From Nitrosopumilus sp. (lineage in GTDB: Archaea; Thermoproteota; Nitrososphaeria; Nitrososphaerales; Nitrosopumilaceae), in contig OZ240211.1 of the NCBI GenBank assembly GCA_965197525.1, positions 1,792,001 to 1,856,000 of the forward strand: DNA of 64,000 nt, in the 5' to 3' direction. Both the position numbers and the translations under genes were made by a program. Positions 1-10,051 of the stretch are shown one piece after another (positions within the stretch are counted from its first letter, which is position 1; each line of letters begins with the position of its first letter). Under the pieces are notes generated by a model that was not told the origin of the DNA, did no database searches, and saw nothing but the letters and a program-made list of their open reading frames with translations.

Positions 1-1331
1 CATCAGACAAGGTAGGCTTTTTTGAGATGCAGACTCTGTATGATACATGTCAAAAATTTGAGAATATCGAGTATCTTAATGAATGGTTTGTAACGTCAAT
101 CATCCATGACGGAAGGCGTTTCATGGGTGTTACTGCAATAGAGTTGGGCTCTGGCACATTTTACACAATAAAGGGGCATGCTCTCATAATTGCCACTGGT
201 GGTGCAGGCAGATTGTACAGCTTTTCGACTTATGCCTTGTCCTCTACCCCTGACGGTCTGGATATGGGACTACGTGCAGGAATGGCGCTAAAAGATATGG
301 AATTTGTACAGTTTCATCCTACAGGAATTTTACCATCTGGCATATTAATTACAGAAGGTGCACGTGGGGAAGGTGGTTATCTGCTTAACAACAAAGGTGA
401 GCGATTCATGAAATCTTATGCATCAAAACTAATGGAGCTTGCTCCGCGCGATATCGTATCAAGATCCATCATGACTGAGATCAAACATGGTCGTGGATTC
501 AAACATGAGACAGGTCCTGACTGTATGAAACTTGACTTGCGTCATATAGGAGATGAGAAGATCAAAGAAAAGCTCGGAGGTATTAGGGAGATATCAATCA
601 AATTTTCAGGTGTTGATCCTGCAGATGAACTGCTTGACATAAGACCTGTGTGCCATTATATGATGGGCGGAATACACACAGACATTAATGGTACAACTGA
701 GATTCAAGGAGTCTGGACTGCAGGCGAGGCTGCCTGCAACAGCGTTCATGGTTCCAACCGTCTGGGGGCAAACTCAACTTCTGAGTGTATAGTGTGGGGT
801 AAAATTACAGGAGAGATGGCAGTGGAATATATCCAAAAGAGTTCCTCTTCTCTTTCTTCTGAACCATGGCCACATCATCTAGTCAAACTAGAAGAGAAGC
901 GCATCTATGATGGCATATTTAGGGGATCTGGTGGTGCTAATCCTTATGAGATAAAACAACAGCTTACAGATACCATGAATGACAAGGCCTACGTATATAG
1001 AAATGAGGCTGATCTCATTGATGGATTAAAGACAGTTCGCGCGCTAAAAAAACAGACTTGGAAGCATGTTGATGACCGAGCCTCTGAGTATAACACCAAC
1101 TTTGTCAACGTTATGGAACTTGATTCCATGTTCAGGGTATCTGAGATAGTTTTATTGGGCGCAATCAATCGCAAGGAATCCCGTGGCGCTCATGCGAGAA
1201 TTGACTATCCCAAACGTAACGACGCTAACTTTTTACATCACACACTTGCCTATTATGATCCGGAGGAACCAATTATGAAAAAATATCCAGTTACCATCAC
1301 GAAGTATCAACCGGTGGAGAGAAAGTACTGA
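1..1331 (+). CDS. sdhA: Succinate dehydrogenase flavoprotein subunit (5' partial; frame is open upstream of the ORF-track start)
   Basis: Motifs QFHPTG, TEGARGEGG, HYMMGG, HGSNRLGANS, ESRGAH; first gene of the sdh cluster. Confidence 0.97.
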   Translation, partial: SDKVGFFEMQTLYDTCQKFENIEYLNEWFVTSIIHDGRRFMGVTAIELGSGTFYTIKGHALIIATGGAGRLYSFSTYALSSTPDGLDMGLRAGMALKDMEFVQFHPTGILPSGILITEGARGEGGYLLNNKGERFMKSYASKLMELAPRDIVSRSIMTEIKHGRGFKHETGPDCMKLDLRHIGDEKIKEKLGGIREISIKFSGVDPADELLDIRPVCHYMMGGIHTDINGTTEIQGVWTAGEAACNSVHGSNRLGANSTSECIVWGKITGEMAVEYIQKSSSSLSSEPWPHHLVKLEEKRIYDGIFRGSGGANPYEIKQQLTDTMNDKAYVYRNEADLIDGLKTVRALKKQTWKHVDDRASEYNTNFVNVMELDSMFRVSEIVLLGAINRKESRGAHARIDYPKRNDANFLHHTLAYYDPEEPIMKKYPVTITKYQPVERKY

Positions 1332-1768
1332 TGCCTCCATTAGATGATGACAACCGTGAAGGCATTAAAGGCATGATCAATCCACGTCGTTACGGAATTG
1401 AACGTGTTGCATATTGGTTGATGCGTCTTAGTGGATTGGGATTATTGGCATACTTTATTGCTCACATATATGAAACAAGTTCAATTCTGCAAGGCCGGTT
1501 TGGCTGGAATGAATTTTTAGCATTAACTCAGACTACTGAAGGGCACCTGTTCTTGGTTCTTGTAATCGGAATGTGTGTATTTCATACCGTAAATGGTATC
1601 CGAGTAATGTTGGGACACGGTGGAGTCGGCGTCGGAAAACCTGCAAGGCCTGACTATCCATATGTACCCGCATCTCAGAACTATCGACATAAAATAGGAA
1701 TCTACTCTGCAATACTGCTTGCAGCAGTAGCAATGATGTACGGTACAGCAGTGCTGTTTGGTGAGTGA
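1331..1768 (+). CDS. sdhC: Succinate dehydrogenase cytochrome b/membrane subunit C
   Basis: Hydrophobic helices, heme-ligand motif FHTVNGIR, operon position. Confidence 0.9.
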   Translation: MPPLDDDNREGIKGMINPRRYGIERVAYWLMRLSGLGLLAYFIAHIYETSSILQGRFGWNEFLALTQTTEGHLFLVLVIGMCVFHTVNGIRVMLGHGGVGVGKPARPDYPYVPASQNYRHKIGIYSAILLAAVAMMYGTAVLFGE

Positions 1769-1769
1769 T

Positions 1770-2123
1770 ATGATACTATTACGAGAGAGCCACATCATGA
1801 AGATTCATTACGGAACTGCCTTGGCAGCTGTCGCACTTGTGGCAGTTCATATACTGATGCGTCTCACACAGGGATTTGCAGAATCTCTAGAGTATGAGAG
1901 TGTTCTTGCAAATTATAGATTTCTACCATACGCTCTGATGCTGGAATTGATTCTAATTCTTCTTTCAATACATGGATTCAATGGTCTGCGCGTTATCTTG
2001 CTTGAATTAAAACAGGGTCCAAGGTATGAAAAAGCCGTATCATACGGTTGTGTTGCTGCCATGATAGGATTAATAGCGTACGGTTCAAGAACGATTATTA
2101 TGACTAACGCGGGGATGGTATAG
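1770..2123 (+). CDS. sdhD: Succinate dehydrogenase membrane anchor subunit D
   Basis: Three TM segments, HGFNGLRVIL motif; exact start uncertain (1758-1780). Confidence 0.85.
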   Translation: MILLRESHIMKIHYGTALAAVALVAVHILMRLTQGFAESLEYESVLANYRFLPYALMLELILILLSIHGFNGLRVILLELKQGPRYEKAVSYGCVAAMIGLIAYGSRTIIMTNAGMV

Positions 2124-2124
2124 C

Positions 2125-2907
2125 ATGGCTCAGGTATCGACTATAAATAATAGCGGCGGCACTAGTGGCGCTTCTGGACAGCAGCAGCAACCAGCAGATC
2201 TAATCACACTTCGAATATCCAGATACAATCCAGAACATGATGACTCTCCTCAATTCATGGAGTTTTCTATATCATATGAAAAATGGACTACAGTTCTCGA
2301 GGCAATTCTTGAAGTAAAAAAACAATTGGATCACTCAGTAGCAGTCAGATACTCTTGTAGACAGGCAACATGCGGTTCATGTGGCATGATAATTAATGGA
2401 AAACCTCGACTTGCCTGCTTTACCAAAATCAGTGAGTTGAATTCTAATGTTGTTACAGTCGAACCTATGAATAATTTTCCTATCATTCGTGATCTAGCAG
2501 TAAAGTTTGAGCGATTATTTGACACTCATCACAAGATGAAACCATATCTGATTCATGATGAGCCTGAATTGACAGATGATAAAAAAGAGTTTCTCCAGTC
2601 TCCTGAAGATCTTGAGCAGTACATCCAATTTGCTAACTGTATAAAATGCGGCCTATGTAATTCAGCATGTCCTACAATGGCTACTGATTCTTCATTTGTT
2701 GGACCTCAAGCACTAGCGCAGGCTTATCGGTATGTTGCAGACAGCAGAGACAAAGGCAAAGACACTCGATTGAAGATAATTGATGACTCTCACGGTATAT
2801 GGAGATGTCATTTTGCAGGCTCTTGTAGCCAGGTATGCCCAAAAGGTGTTGATCCTGCAATGGGAATTCAGCTTCTTCGAGGCTACATGCTAGGGTTTAA
2901 GGACTAA
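2125..2907 (+). CDS. sdhB: Succinate dehydrogenase iron-sulfur subunit
   Basis: SCRQATCGSC 2Fe-2S motif, CIKCGLCNSACP and CHFAGSCSQVCP clusters. Confidence 0.97.
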   Translation: MAQVSTINNSGGTSGASGQQQQPADLITLRISRYNPEHDDSPQFMEFSISYEKWTTVLEAILEVKKQLDHSVAVRYSCRQATCGSCGMIINGKPRLACFTKISELNSNVVTVEPMNNFPIIRDLAVKFERLFDTHHKMKPYLIHDEPELTDDKKEFLQSPEDLEQYIQFANCIKCGLCNSACPTMATDSSFVGPQALAQAYRYVADSRDKGKDTRLKIIDDSHGIWRCHFAGSCSQVCPKGVDPAMGIQLLRGYMLGFKD

Positions 2908-2955
2908 AATACGTACGTACGTACTGTATTCTGCAGTCTTTCTCTTTTCCTTATC

Positions 2956-3279
2956 TCAACCTAGTTTCTTTGGATTTGGGCTATTGTTTACTTGATTGTT
3001 TATCTGCTCTGCCATAAAGTGGTTTGAGACATTAACTTTTACGTCATCTACTCCATCCACCTTTAACAGGTTGTCATGCACGTCTTGGCAGATCTTAAAA
3101 CCGAACACTGCCGGACAGAATGGACTAGTAAGATGCAGATCAACTTTGACATTACTATCAGCAATATCTACTTCATCAATTAGTTCTAGCTCTACAATCG
3201 ACGTGTTTATCTCTGGATCTACAATTTTTGATAGCTCATCGAATATCTTTACTCTCAACTGTTTGATTTCTTGGCTCAT
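2956..3279 (-). CDS. DUF59/MIP18-family Fe-S cluster assembly protein
   Basis: DPEI...IVELELI...LTSPFCP motif; start moved to ATG at 3279 (MSQEIK). Confidence 0.88.
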   Translation of the reverse strand: MSQEIKQLRVKIFDELSKIVDPEINTSIVELELIDEVDIADSNVKVDLHLTSPFCPAVFGFKICQDVHDNLLKVDGVDDVKVNVSNHFMAEQINNQVNNSPNPKKLG

Positions 3280-3328
3280 ACCGACAAAAGCGTTGATGCT
3301 ATATATAACCATTTGAAACTGTTACATA

Positions 3329-4804
3329 ATGTATCGTTCTCGACTTGGTACCGGCCTCAGCGACATAACTTTGGACTATGTATCATCCATTGATGATGAC
3401 TCTGAAATTGCCCTTTATGACATACTTGGGAGCCAAGCTCACTCTTTGATGCTGTACCAAAACAAGATCATTACAAGAAACAATGCAAAAAAAATCCTAG
3501 CTTCATTGGAGAGTCTAAAAGATGTCAAGTTTGGTGTTGCTGCTACTGCTACTGCCACTGATGCAGAAGATATTCATGAATTAATTGAGTCACTAGTTAT
3601 CAAAAAAGCTGGCATGGTAAGTGGAGGTAGGATGCATACTGCACGATCGCGCAACGATCAAATTGCACTTGATATGAGAATGAAGGTTCGAGACGATGTT
3701 AATGCTATTTGCAATTGCTTGCTTGATATGATTGATACACTAGTATGTGCGGCCAAAAATCATACTAAAACCATTATGCCATTGTACACTCATCTTCAAC
3801 AAGCTCAGGCAGGCCTCTTTTCGCATTATCTATTATCCTATGCCGATATGCTGTTTCGTGATTTTGCACGCCTCTCAGAAACATTTCATCGAGTAAACCA
3901 AAGCCCGTTAGGTGCTGGTCCTATAGGCGGTACTAGTATTAAGATAGATAGACACAGTACTGCTGAGATGTTGGGTTTTGATGGATTAGTTGAAAACTCT
4001 ATTGATGCAACTAGCACACGCGATTTTGTAGCAGAGTATGTAGCTGCCATCTCGATTCTGATGACTAACCTCAGTAAGATATCTGAAGACTTTGTGATCT
4101 GGTCCACATCTGAATTCTCTTTCATTGAGCTGTCCGACGAGTTTACCTCTCCATCAAGTGTCATGCCTCAAAAAAAGAATCCTGATATCTTAGAGCTAAC
4201 ACGTGGCAAGACAGCACAGGTCATAGGACACTTGACTGCAGTTTTAACTACAGTCAAAGGATTGGCTTCAGGGTATGGACGTGACTTGCAACAGATAAAA
4301 TCATCTATCTGGTCTACATCTCGTATATCCATTAGCGCACTGTTAATCATGAGATCCGTTATCTTGACTCTAAAGGTAAATAAAAAACAGATGAGAAAAG
4401 TAACTGAATCAAGCAACTTGATTGCCTTGGATATCGCAGAGAGGCTAGTCCAAGAAAATATTCCATTTAGACTAGCCCATAAAATCTCTGGGGCTCTAGT
4501 CCAGTCAGCATCGCAATCTAAAAAATCCATCTCAAAGCTGTCTCTCTCTAAAGTAGCAAAATCTGTCGCAGATTCCAAAGTTGACTCTAAACTTGTCTTT
4601 GACATTATTTCTACGACAACTGTCGTTACATCTCTTGAAGATAGGCGTTCTTATGGCTCATCAGGATATGATGAACAAACACGAATGATTGCAGATAGAA
4701 CTATGCAAATCAAGCAGTGTAGGGAAGATGTTTTGGCCAGGGAATCTAAAATTAATTCCTCGATTGCGGATTTACAAAAACAGATTGACGAGATAATTCA
4801 CTAA
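3329..4804 (+). CDS. argH: Argininosuccinate lyase
   Basis: HTARSRNDQ, PLYTHLQQAQ, SSVMPQKKNPD signature. Confidence 0.96.
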   Translation: MYRSRLGTGLSDITLDYVSSIDDDSEIALYDILGSQAHSLMLYQNKIITRNNAKKILASLESLKDVKFGVAATATATDAEDIHELIESLVIKKAGMVSGGRMHTARSRNDQIALDMRMKVRDDVNAICNCLLDMIDTLVCAAKNHTKTIMPLYTHLQQAQAGLFSHYLLSYADMLFRDFARLSETFHRVNQSPLGAGPIGGTSIKIDRHSTAEMLGFDGLVENSIDATSTRDFVAEYVAAISILMTNLSKISEDFVIWSTSEFSFIELSDEFTSPSSVMPQKKNPDILELTRGKTAQVIGHLTAVLTTVKGLASGYGRDLQQIKSSIWSTSRISISALLIMRSVILTLKVNKKQMRKVTESSNLIALDIAERLVQENIPFRLAHKISGALVQSASQSKKSISKLSLSKVAKSVADSKVDSKLVFDIISTTTVVTSLEDRRSYGSSGYDEQTRMIADRTMQIKQCREDVLARESKINSSIADLQKQIDEIIH

Positions 4805-4985
4805 ATGGTGATCATCGATGATCTTTTGGTAATCTTGTGCATTAGTTCTTCTCAGTACTAATGTATGTGTTTTATTAAGTGTGTTCTTGATGATTAAGGT
4901 TTAATCTGTTTACCTGTTATGTGGCAGCATCTGTCTTTGATGTATGTGGATGGATCAAGTGTTACTTGACACACAGATAGTTTTT

Positions 4986-5405
4986 TCATTCCCTATCAAT
5001 GGCAGGATATAGACTACGTTTAGCCAGTATTGCAAGATTTGCAGTTATCTCAGAATCATCTTCTGTATATCCAAATATACCTGTATGTGATTTATCGAGA
5101 TACTCTGGCAAAAGTTTTATTCTCAGTTCTATGTCTGCATTGCGTCCAACAGATTTTGTTTCTCCTACGTTAAGAATAGCAAATCTTCCATTCTGTTTTA
5201 TGATAAACCCTTTTGAGTGAAAAATCTCGCGAATTTTCACAATAGCATCTACAAAGTTTGATTCCTTAAAATACTCCAGCCAGTTGGCGGAGAGATAATT
5301 ATCGGATGTACGCGGTTCGAAGGCCATTGGTGACGGATTTCCATCTGACTCTATAGTTCTAGGACTACAATACCGTGACATGTGGTCACTATCTTTCAAT
5401 GCCAT
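4986..5405 (-). CDS. Hypothetical protein, possibly ADP-ribosyltransferase-like toxin
   Basis: 139 aa; SRY...LSANW...SHTGI pattern loosely resembles small ART-fold toxins; last gene of a coupled trio. Confidence 0.45.
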   Translation of the reverse strand: MALKDSDHMSRYCSPRTIESDGNPSPMAFEPRTSDNYLSANWLEYFKESNFVDAIVKIREIFHSKGFIIKQNGRFAILNVGETKSVGRNADIELRIKLLPEYLDKSHTGIFGYTEDDSEITANLAILAKRSLYPAIDRE

Positions 5406-5410
5406 ATTAT

Positions 5411-6166
5411 TTATGACTGTAGTTTGTCAATGAATGGTTTGACTGTTCTCAGCATATCATCTGATGACATGAAACCACTGACACTCCATCGTTTAGAGTT
5501 CAAGCTTGGATTATGCATGATGGCAGTAAATCTGATTGAAGTGGATGGCAAGAATTTCATCCCTAGAGTATCTTTTAGTCCCGATTGCAATCTCAGATAA
5601 ATCAATCCTTCATAACTGACGGTAATTTCTGGATTAGGCATCCATGTGTTTTCTATTATATTTTCCATTATGAATCTAGCAGCTATTCTTAATGATTCTA
5701 TATTTATGGGGTTTCCATCCGACTCTTCGTCAGTGATTTCTTTCAGATCTGTCAGGCGCTTTGCAATGGTTGTCAAACCTGCGGATCGAAGTACGGTGAT
5801 TATCTCCTCAACACTATTAGAATTAGATATGGATCTGCGCCAATCTAGCATTAACGATACGTCAAGCATCTCTTTGATTCTTGAATCTGAGATGGACTGT
5901 GAAATAGGTGGAACCAATGACTCTTTTTCTATATTCAACTTGATTTCGATCATCTGAAGTACTAATGTGTCAATAACAGCAGATAAATCAATTAGATTTG
6001 CAGTCGCCTGTTGCGCATTATTATAATGGAATAGGTTTTGGCTCATGTCTGAGAGTGACTGATTTGCTTTTGTGTCCATATGTACCATAAAGTTGTATTT
6101 CAAGGAATGATGATTGTTTATCTTATCTGAATCTGTAGGTCGATCCTCAGTTAAAACAGTCTGCAC
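5411..6166 (-). CDS. Hypothetical protein (middle gene of three-gene module)
   Basis: 251-aa ORF whose start overlaps the upstream stop; low-complexity N-half, compact alpha/beta C-half. Confidence 0.6.
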   Translation of the reverse strand: MQTVLTEDRPTDSDKINNHHSLKYNFMVHMDTKANQSLSDMSQNLFHYNNAQQATANLIDLSAVIDTLVLQMIEIKLNIEKESLVPPISQSISDSRIKEMLDVSLMLDWRRSISNSNSVEEIITVLRSAGLTTIAKRLTDLKEITDEESDGNPINIESLRIAARFIMENIIENTWMPNPEITVSYEGLIYLRLQSGLKDTLGMKFLPSTSIRFTAIMHNPSLNSKRWSVSGFMSSDDMLRTVKPFIDKLQS

Positions 6167-6792
6167 TATTCACCACCCTGTATGAGATTATCAATGATGC
6201 GTTTAATATCTTTCTGACGAGATGGCCACTCATTTATCCTTTGAGATAGTAATGCGTGATCTAACTTTCCGTTGTAATGAACATTGCAATTTACAACTAC
6301 TTCATTGTTCTTGCGAGAGCTGAATACCAAGTTAATTACATACTCTTTATTTGTTATGATAAATTTGGGCATCATGTAAAGTTTAGTATCCTGTGAAGAT
6401 GTTTTGAGAAATCGTTTTGTGAGCCATTCTTGTGAATTATTACGAATCATAGACACTACACAGTTTAATCCTAATCTACTGTATGGGATGTGAGGAAGTG
6501 CTTTGACATACTGGGTGGCTATTTTGTATATTTCACTATTGGCATCTTTTTGGAATGATTCGTTCTGATCCTGCGATATATTTAGGCTGTTGGGTTCCAC
6601 AACTAACTGGACATTATTGTCATACTTTAAGACTGACAATCCTGGAGTAGTTATGGTTTGAGTTATTTGCCATTTCTCGGGTATTATTTTGTTGTATTTC
6701 ACAAAGTCGGGGTTGATAATAGATGGATTGTGTTGTTCTGCCAATATGACCACGCTGAGCGAATGAAGTGTGATTGTGTTTTCTTCACTCAT
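6166..6792 (-). CDS. Hypothetical protein resembling TIGR04255-like family
   Basis: 208 aa; N-terminal SVVILAEQHNPSIINPDF pattern; family call from memory only. Confidence 0.45.
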   Translation of the reverse strand: MSEENTITLHSLSVVILAEQHNPSIINPDFVKYNKIIPEKWQITQTITTPGLSVLKYDNNVQLVVEPNSLNISQDQNESFQKDANSEIYKIATQYVKALPHIPYSRLGLNCVVSMIRNNSQEWLTKRFLKTSSQDTKLYMMPKFIITNKEYVINLVFSSRKNNEVVVNCNVHYNGKLDHALLSQRINEWPSRQKDIKRIIDNLIQGGE

Positions 6793-7199
6793 AATACATC
6801 CGTATTTTTTTGCATATACACGAATTTAAATCGAAGATCATTATAAAACATGTTTTCAAGATAACTCTATGCAACACTTATTTATTATTTATCGAGACTG
6901 GATTTTCACGCGTTATAACATCAAATTATGGGCTCACGATCAAAACATGGTAAGCACTGGAAAAACAGGCATTATTACGTTCAATCAGACACTGACTAGG
7001 GACCCGTCAAGAATAATTGATTATGCTGCAATTCATAAATTTCGTCATTTGAAAATCAATGATCATTCGACAAGATTTTGACCATTATTAGAAAAATTTA
7101 TGCCAGATTATTTTACACATAAGAAATGGTTAGAAGATCACTCTAGTGAATTATTGATCTAATCTCTGCCAAAAATAGTACTAGTTATGGTCTTCTAGA

Positions 7200-7790
7200 T
7201 CGTGGATGTTTATCTGATTCTAAATCAAATATTATTATCTTTCATTGCAAACTATCTTGAGATCAATACCTTTCCTCCTAGCAACACGAATAAGCGAGAT
7301 GGTACGAAACGCATTCCGACCTTGATTCTCATGGAGACTATGTGTACTACGAGCATACTTTGACACACAACTACTAGTAGCATAATCCAAAGGAAAGATT
7401 GCATATGATTTCTGCATTTTCTTTATGGGTCACACGGGAAGCATCGAATCAAGGTACGCTACCAACAAAAGGCAGTTATCTTATGCGTTATTTAATGAAA
7501 TGCGTAATGTATTTGATCGCTCAGAAAAATACCTGAATCAGGTAACACAGATCCATTACAAGAGCAACGGATGGAATTCCAACAGATCATAGAGAATGCG
7601 GCATCAGAGGACATTGACGACATGTTAAAGGCGATAAAGATGCTGGCAAATTGAGCCAAGTAACCAGATAGTCGTAGACGCCACGCATGCAGAAATTCTG
7701 CTAAGGCTAGAATGCCAATTTGTATGCAGCCTGCCAAACGGCAAGTGCATTTTAACAAAGAAAACCCAATCTGGTAAAATGAACAGATCT
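7200..7790 (+). pseudogene. Degraded archaeal tyrosine integrase (C-terminal half)
   Basis: Hand translation: ...FRP*FSWRLCVLRAYFDTQLLVA*SKGKIAYDFCIFFMGHTGSIESRYATNK...; after frameshifts DPLQEQR... and NQIVVDATHAEILLRLECQFVCSLPNGKCIL. Box II-like VLRAYF, MGH and RY are recognisable; two in-frame stops. Confidence 0.8.
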
Positions 7791-7818
7791 TCTGCTCCCC
7801 TGAATCGGGAAGCAGAAG
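7789..7818. terminator. GC-rich hairpin just beyond the tRNA-Lys 3' end
   Basis: CTTCTGCT-CCC ... GGG-A-AGCAGAAG inverted repeat; function not established. Confidence 0.35.
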
Positions 7819-7839
7819 GACCTGGCCCATTAGCGAAAG

Positions 7840-7913
7840 CGGGTCTAAAGGGATTCGGACCCTTGACAACCGGATTAAAAGTCCGGTGCGCTACCTGGCT
7901 GCGCCATAGACCC
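7840..7913 (-). tRNA. tRNA-Lys(TTT)
   Basis: Cloverleaf GGGTCTA/TAGACCC acceptor, CCGGA-CTTTTAA-TCCGG anticodon arm, AAGGG-TCCGAAT-CCCTT T arm. Confidence 0.95.
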
Positions 7914-8007
7914 TCCTACAAATTTTTCTAACTGTATAATTTAGCCTTTTACAAAATTTTATTATTACAGAAACTTTTAATCTAGCAGTTTGTCTTAGTT
8001 TATTTGT

Positions 8008-8085
8008 GCCCTTGTAGTATAGCCCGGTCTAGAATTCGGCCCTGTCACGGCTGAGACGCGTGTTCAAATCCCGCCGAGGGCGCCA
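8008..8085 (+). tRNA. tRNA-Asp(GTC) with encoded CCA
   Basis: GCCCTTG/CGAGGGC acceptor, CGGCC-CTGTCAC-GGCTG anticodon arm, TTCAAAT loop; one T-C mismatch in the T stem at 8061. Confidence 0.92.
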
Positions 8086-8217
8086 TTATCTTTATCCTGC
8101 TATTCTGATTCAGTTGATGCTAGTTTATGCTGTTTATTTGCTGGTATTTCTACAAAAGAAGATTTGATGGTTAGTTCTACAAGAATATTAAAATTCAGGC
8201 AGTTTCAGTAAAATTTA

Positions 8218-8949
8218 ATGTCTAAAGAAAAGGAAGAATCAGAACCTGTCACTACTAAACCAACTAGCAAACCAGCTGAAAAACCAACTAGCAAACCAGC
8301 TGCCAAAAAACCGTCCAGTGACAATGCCGCCACTACTGCTGAACTTGAGACCAAAACAACAGACGCTGCCATAAAAAAAGCAGAAGCCGCATCAAAGGCT
8401 CTTCAGGACGCTGAACTAGCAGTCAAAGAAGCGCTTGAAAAAGCAAGGATAGCAAAAGAGGAGGCAGAGGCTGCAGCAGAAGAAGAGTACAAATCAATTG
8501 CAGCTGAAGTCAAAGCAGAGACTGCCAAGAAATCTGATTATACCCTCAAGAGACAAAGCGAGGTGATCTTTAGACGTGATATGGGAGAGCCAGAATTCTT
8601 TTTAGACAAAAAAGATAGATTCCCCCGACCAATATTAACACAGGCTCAACAAGAATCTCTTACAAGACAAGCTGAGATTCCACGTGACCAAACTCCTGCA
8701 TACGTACCTGAACATGTTCTTAGTCCAGAATTTGCAGGCCTTTCAAATTATGAACGCGGTGTTGATTCCTTTTTACAAGACAATTTGACAAAACTTGAGA
8801 AATTAAAAAATGATCCCAATGCAACTCTCAAAGACATCCAAGATCTCAAAGACGAGATAGCTTATTTAGAATCCTTACATGAAAATTTCTATATCGGAAT
8901 GAACGTTTTTAGAACAGCCAAAGGTGGACGAGACAAACTTAAAGTATAG
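8218..8949 (+). CDS. Hypothetical protein with KP/A-rich low-complexity N-terminus and coiled coil
   Basis: 243-aa ORF, host-like codon use, coupled to the downstream HemA-like gene. Confidence 0.8.
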   Translation: MSKEKEESEPVTTKPTSKPAEKPTSKPAAKKPSSDNAATTAELETKTTDAAIKKAEAASKALQDAELAVKEALEKARIAKEEAEAAAEEEYKSIAAEVKAETAKKSDYTLKRQSEVIFRRDMGEPEFFLDKKDRFPRPILTQAQQESLTRQAEIPRDQTPAYVPEHVLSPEFAGLSNYERGVDSFLQDNLTKLEKLKNDPNATLKDIQDLKDEIAYLESLHENFYIGMNVFRTAKGGRDKLKV

Positions 8950-8971
8950 TATGTATGTGTGGTGAGATGGT

Positions 8972-10048
8972 TTGAAACATGTATCTTTTGACGTAATGAA
9001 TGCACGAGTAACTTTTAAAAATATTCCTTTGCACACTTTGTCAAAATTTACCTTCAAGGATGTAGACGCTGCTTGTTTGGAGTTTCAAAAAATTCCTAGT
9101 GTTGATGAGTGTACTATAATCCAAACTGCCAGTAGAGTTGAAATATTTACTGTTAGTAATGTAGAGGATAGTGATTCACCTGATGCACGAAGGGTAGAAG
9201 GCAAGGATCTTTTACTCAATAAAATCAAAGACACTTGGGTATCTCTTTCATCTCTGGAGCAAATTGACATTGATCATTTTGATCAAACACTCGAAGTTTA
9301 CAGAGGTGATGACGCATACCTGCATCTTTTACGATTGGCAACAGGTTTGGACTCGCTTGTTGTAGGGAAGAAAGAAATTTTTGATGAGATAATCAAATCT
9401 CTAACTCGCGCCAAGACTGCTGGTACAACTGGTGATATTCTCAACAAATTATTTGAAAATATACTTCGACTAGCAACGCGAATAAGGGATACCACGGAGA
9501 TAGCCAAGGATGTGCTCTCACTTGGTGATGTTGCCGTAAAACTTGTCAATGAAAAAGCAGGGCTTGATGCTAAAAAGAAAGTGCTACTAATTGGTACTGG
9601 GGAATCAGCTGCTATGGTTGCAAAAACCTTGACCCAGATAAACATACCATTTAATGTTACAAGTAGAACTCTCCAACGCGCTACTGGCTTTACATCAATT
9701 CTTGGTGGAACTCCTGTGGATTTTTATGATGTCTTGACAGGCTTTGACAAGTACGATATTGTTTTTGTAGCAACAACATCTGATTACTTTTTAATTACCT
9801 ATGATAGTATTCATCTGGTTATGGAGGAGAAGAAGAAAGGGACACTAATCTTAGATTTGTCAGATCCCAGAACTGTTGATGAAGGAATTACTGGACTTCC
9901 TGGAATCAAACTATTATTCCGGGACCAAATTGCAGAAATCTATGATGAGAATGTAAAATCTCGAATAGGTATAGCTCCTGCAGTAGAGAAGATAATTGTC
10001 AAAGAACTTCCAGTTTTATCTGCTAGGATGCAGCTAATGGACAGTTAA
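8972..10048 (+). CDS. Glutamyl-tRNA reductase-like protein lacking the catalytic Cys
   Basis: GlutR N-domain (QTASRVEIF where TCNRxE is canonical; GLDSLVVGKKEI) plus Rossmann IGTGESA; ends soon after the NAD(P) domain. Confidence 0.8.
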   Translation: MKHVSFDVMNARVTFKNIPLHTLSKFTFKDVDAACLEFQKIPSVDECTIIQTASRVEIFTVSNVEDSDSPDARRVEGKDLLLNKIKDTWVSLSSLEQIDIDHFDQTLEVYRGDDAYLHLLRLATGLDSLVVGKKEIFDEIIKSLTRAKTAGTTGDILNKLFENILRLATRIRDTTEIAKDVLSLGDVAVKLVNEKAGLDAKKKVLLIGTGESAAMVAKTLTQINIPFNVTSRTLQRATGFTSILGGTPVDFYDVLTGFDKYDIVFVATTSDYFLITYDSIHLVMEEKKKGTLILDLSDPRTVDEGITGLPGIKLLFRDQIAEIYDENVKSRIGIAPAVEKIIVKELPVLSARMQLMDS

Positions 10049-10051
10049 CTG

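Noticed and set aside
2911-2926. TACG microsatellite after sdhB
   Set aside because: Too short to support a function; probably the same slippage tendency noted elsewhere
7235-7417. Minus-strand 60-aa ORF that looked like an IS66 C-terminus
   Set aside because: It is the antisense of the plus-strand integrase pseudogene, which has much clearer motifs
7492-7869. 125-aa minus-strand ORF
   Set aside because: Overlaps tRNA-Lys and the integrase relic antisense; shadow ORF
8058-8074. T-C mismatch in the tRNA-Asp T stem as a sign of editing or pseudogenisation
   Set aside because: A single mismatch in an otherwise canonical tRNA; cannot be told from a read error or tolerated variant
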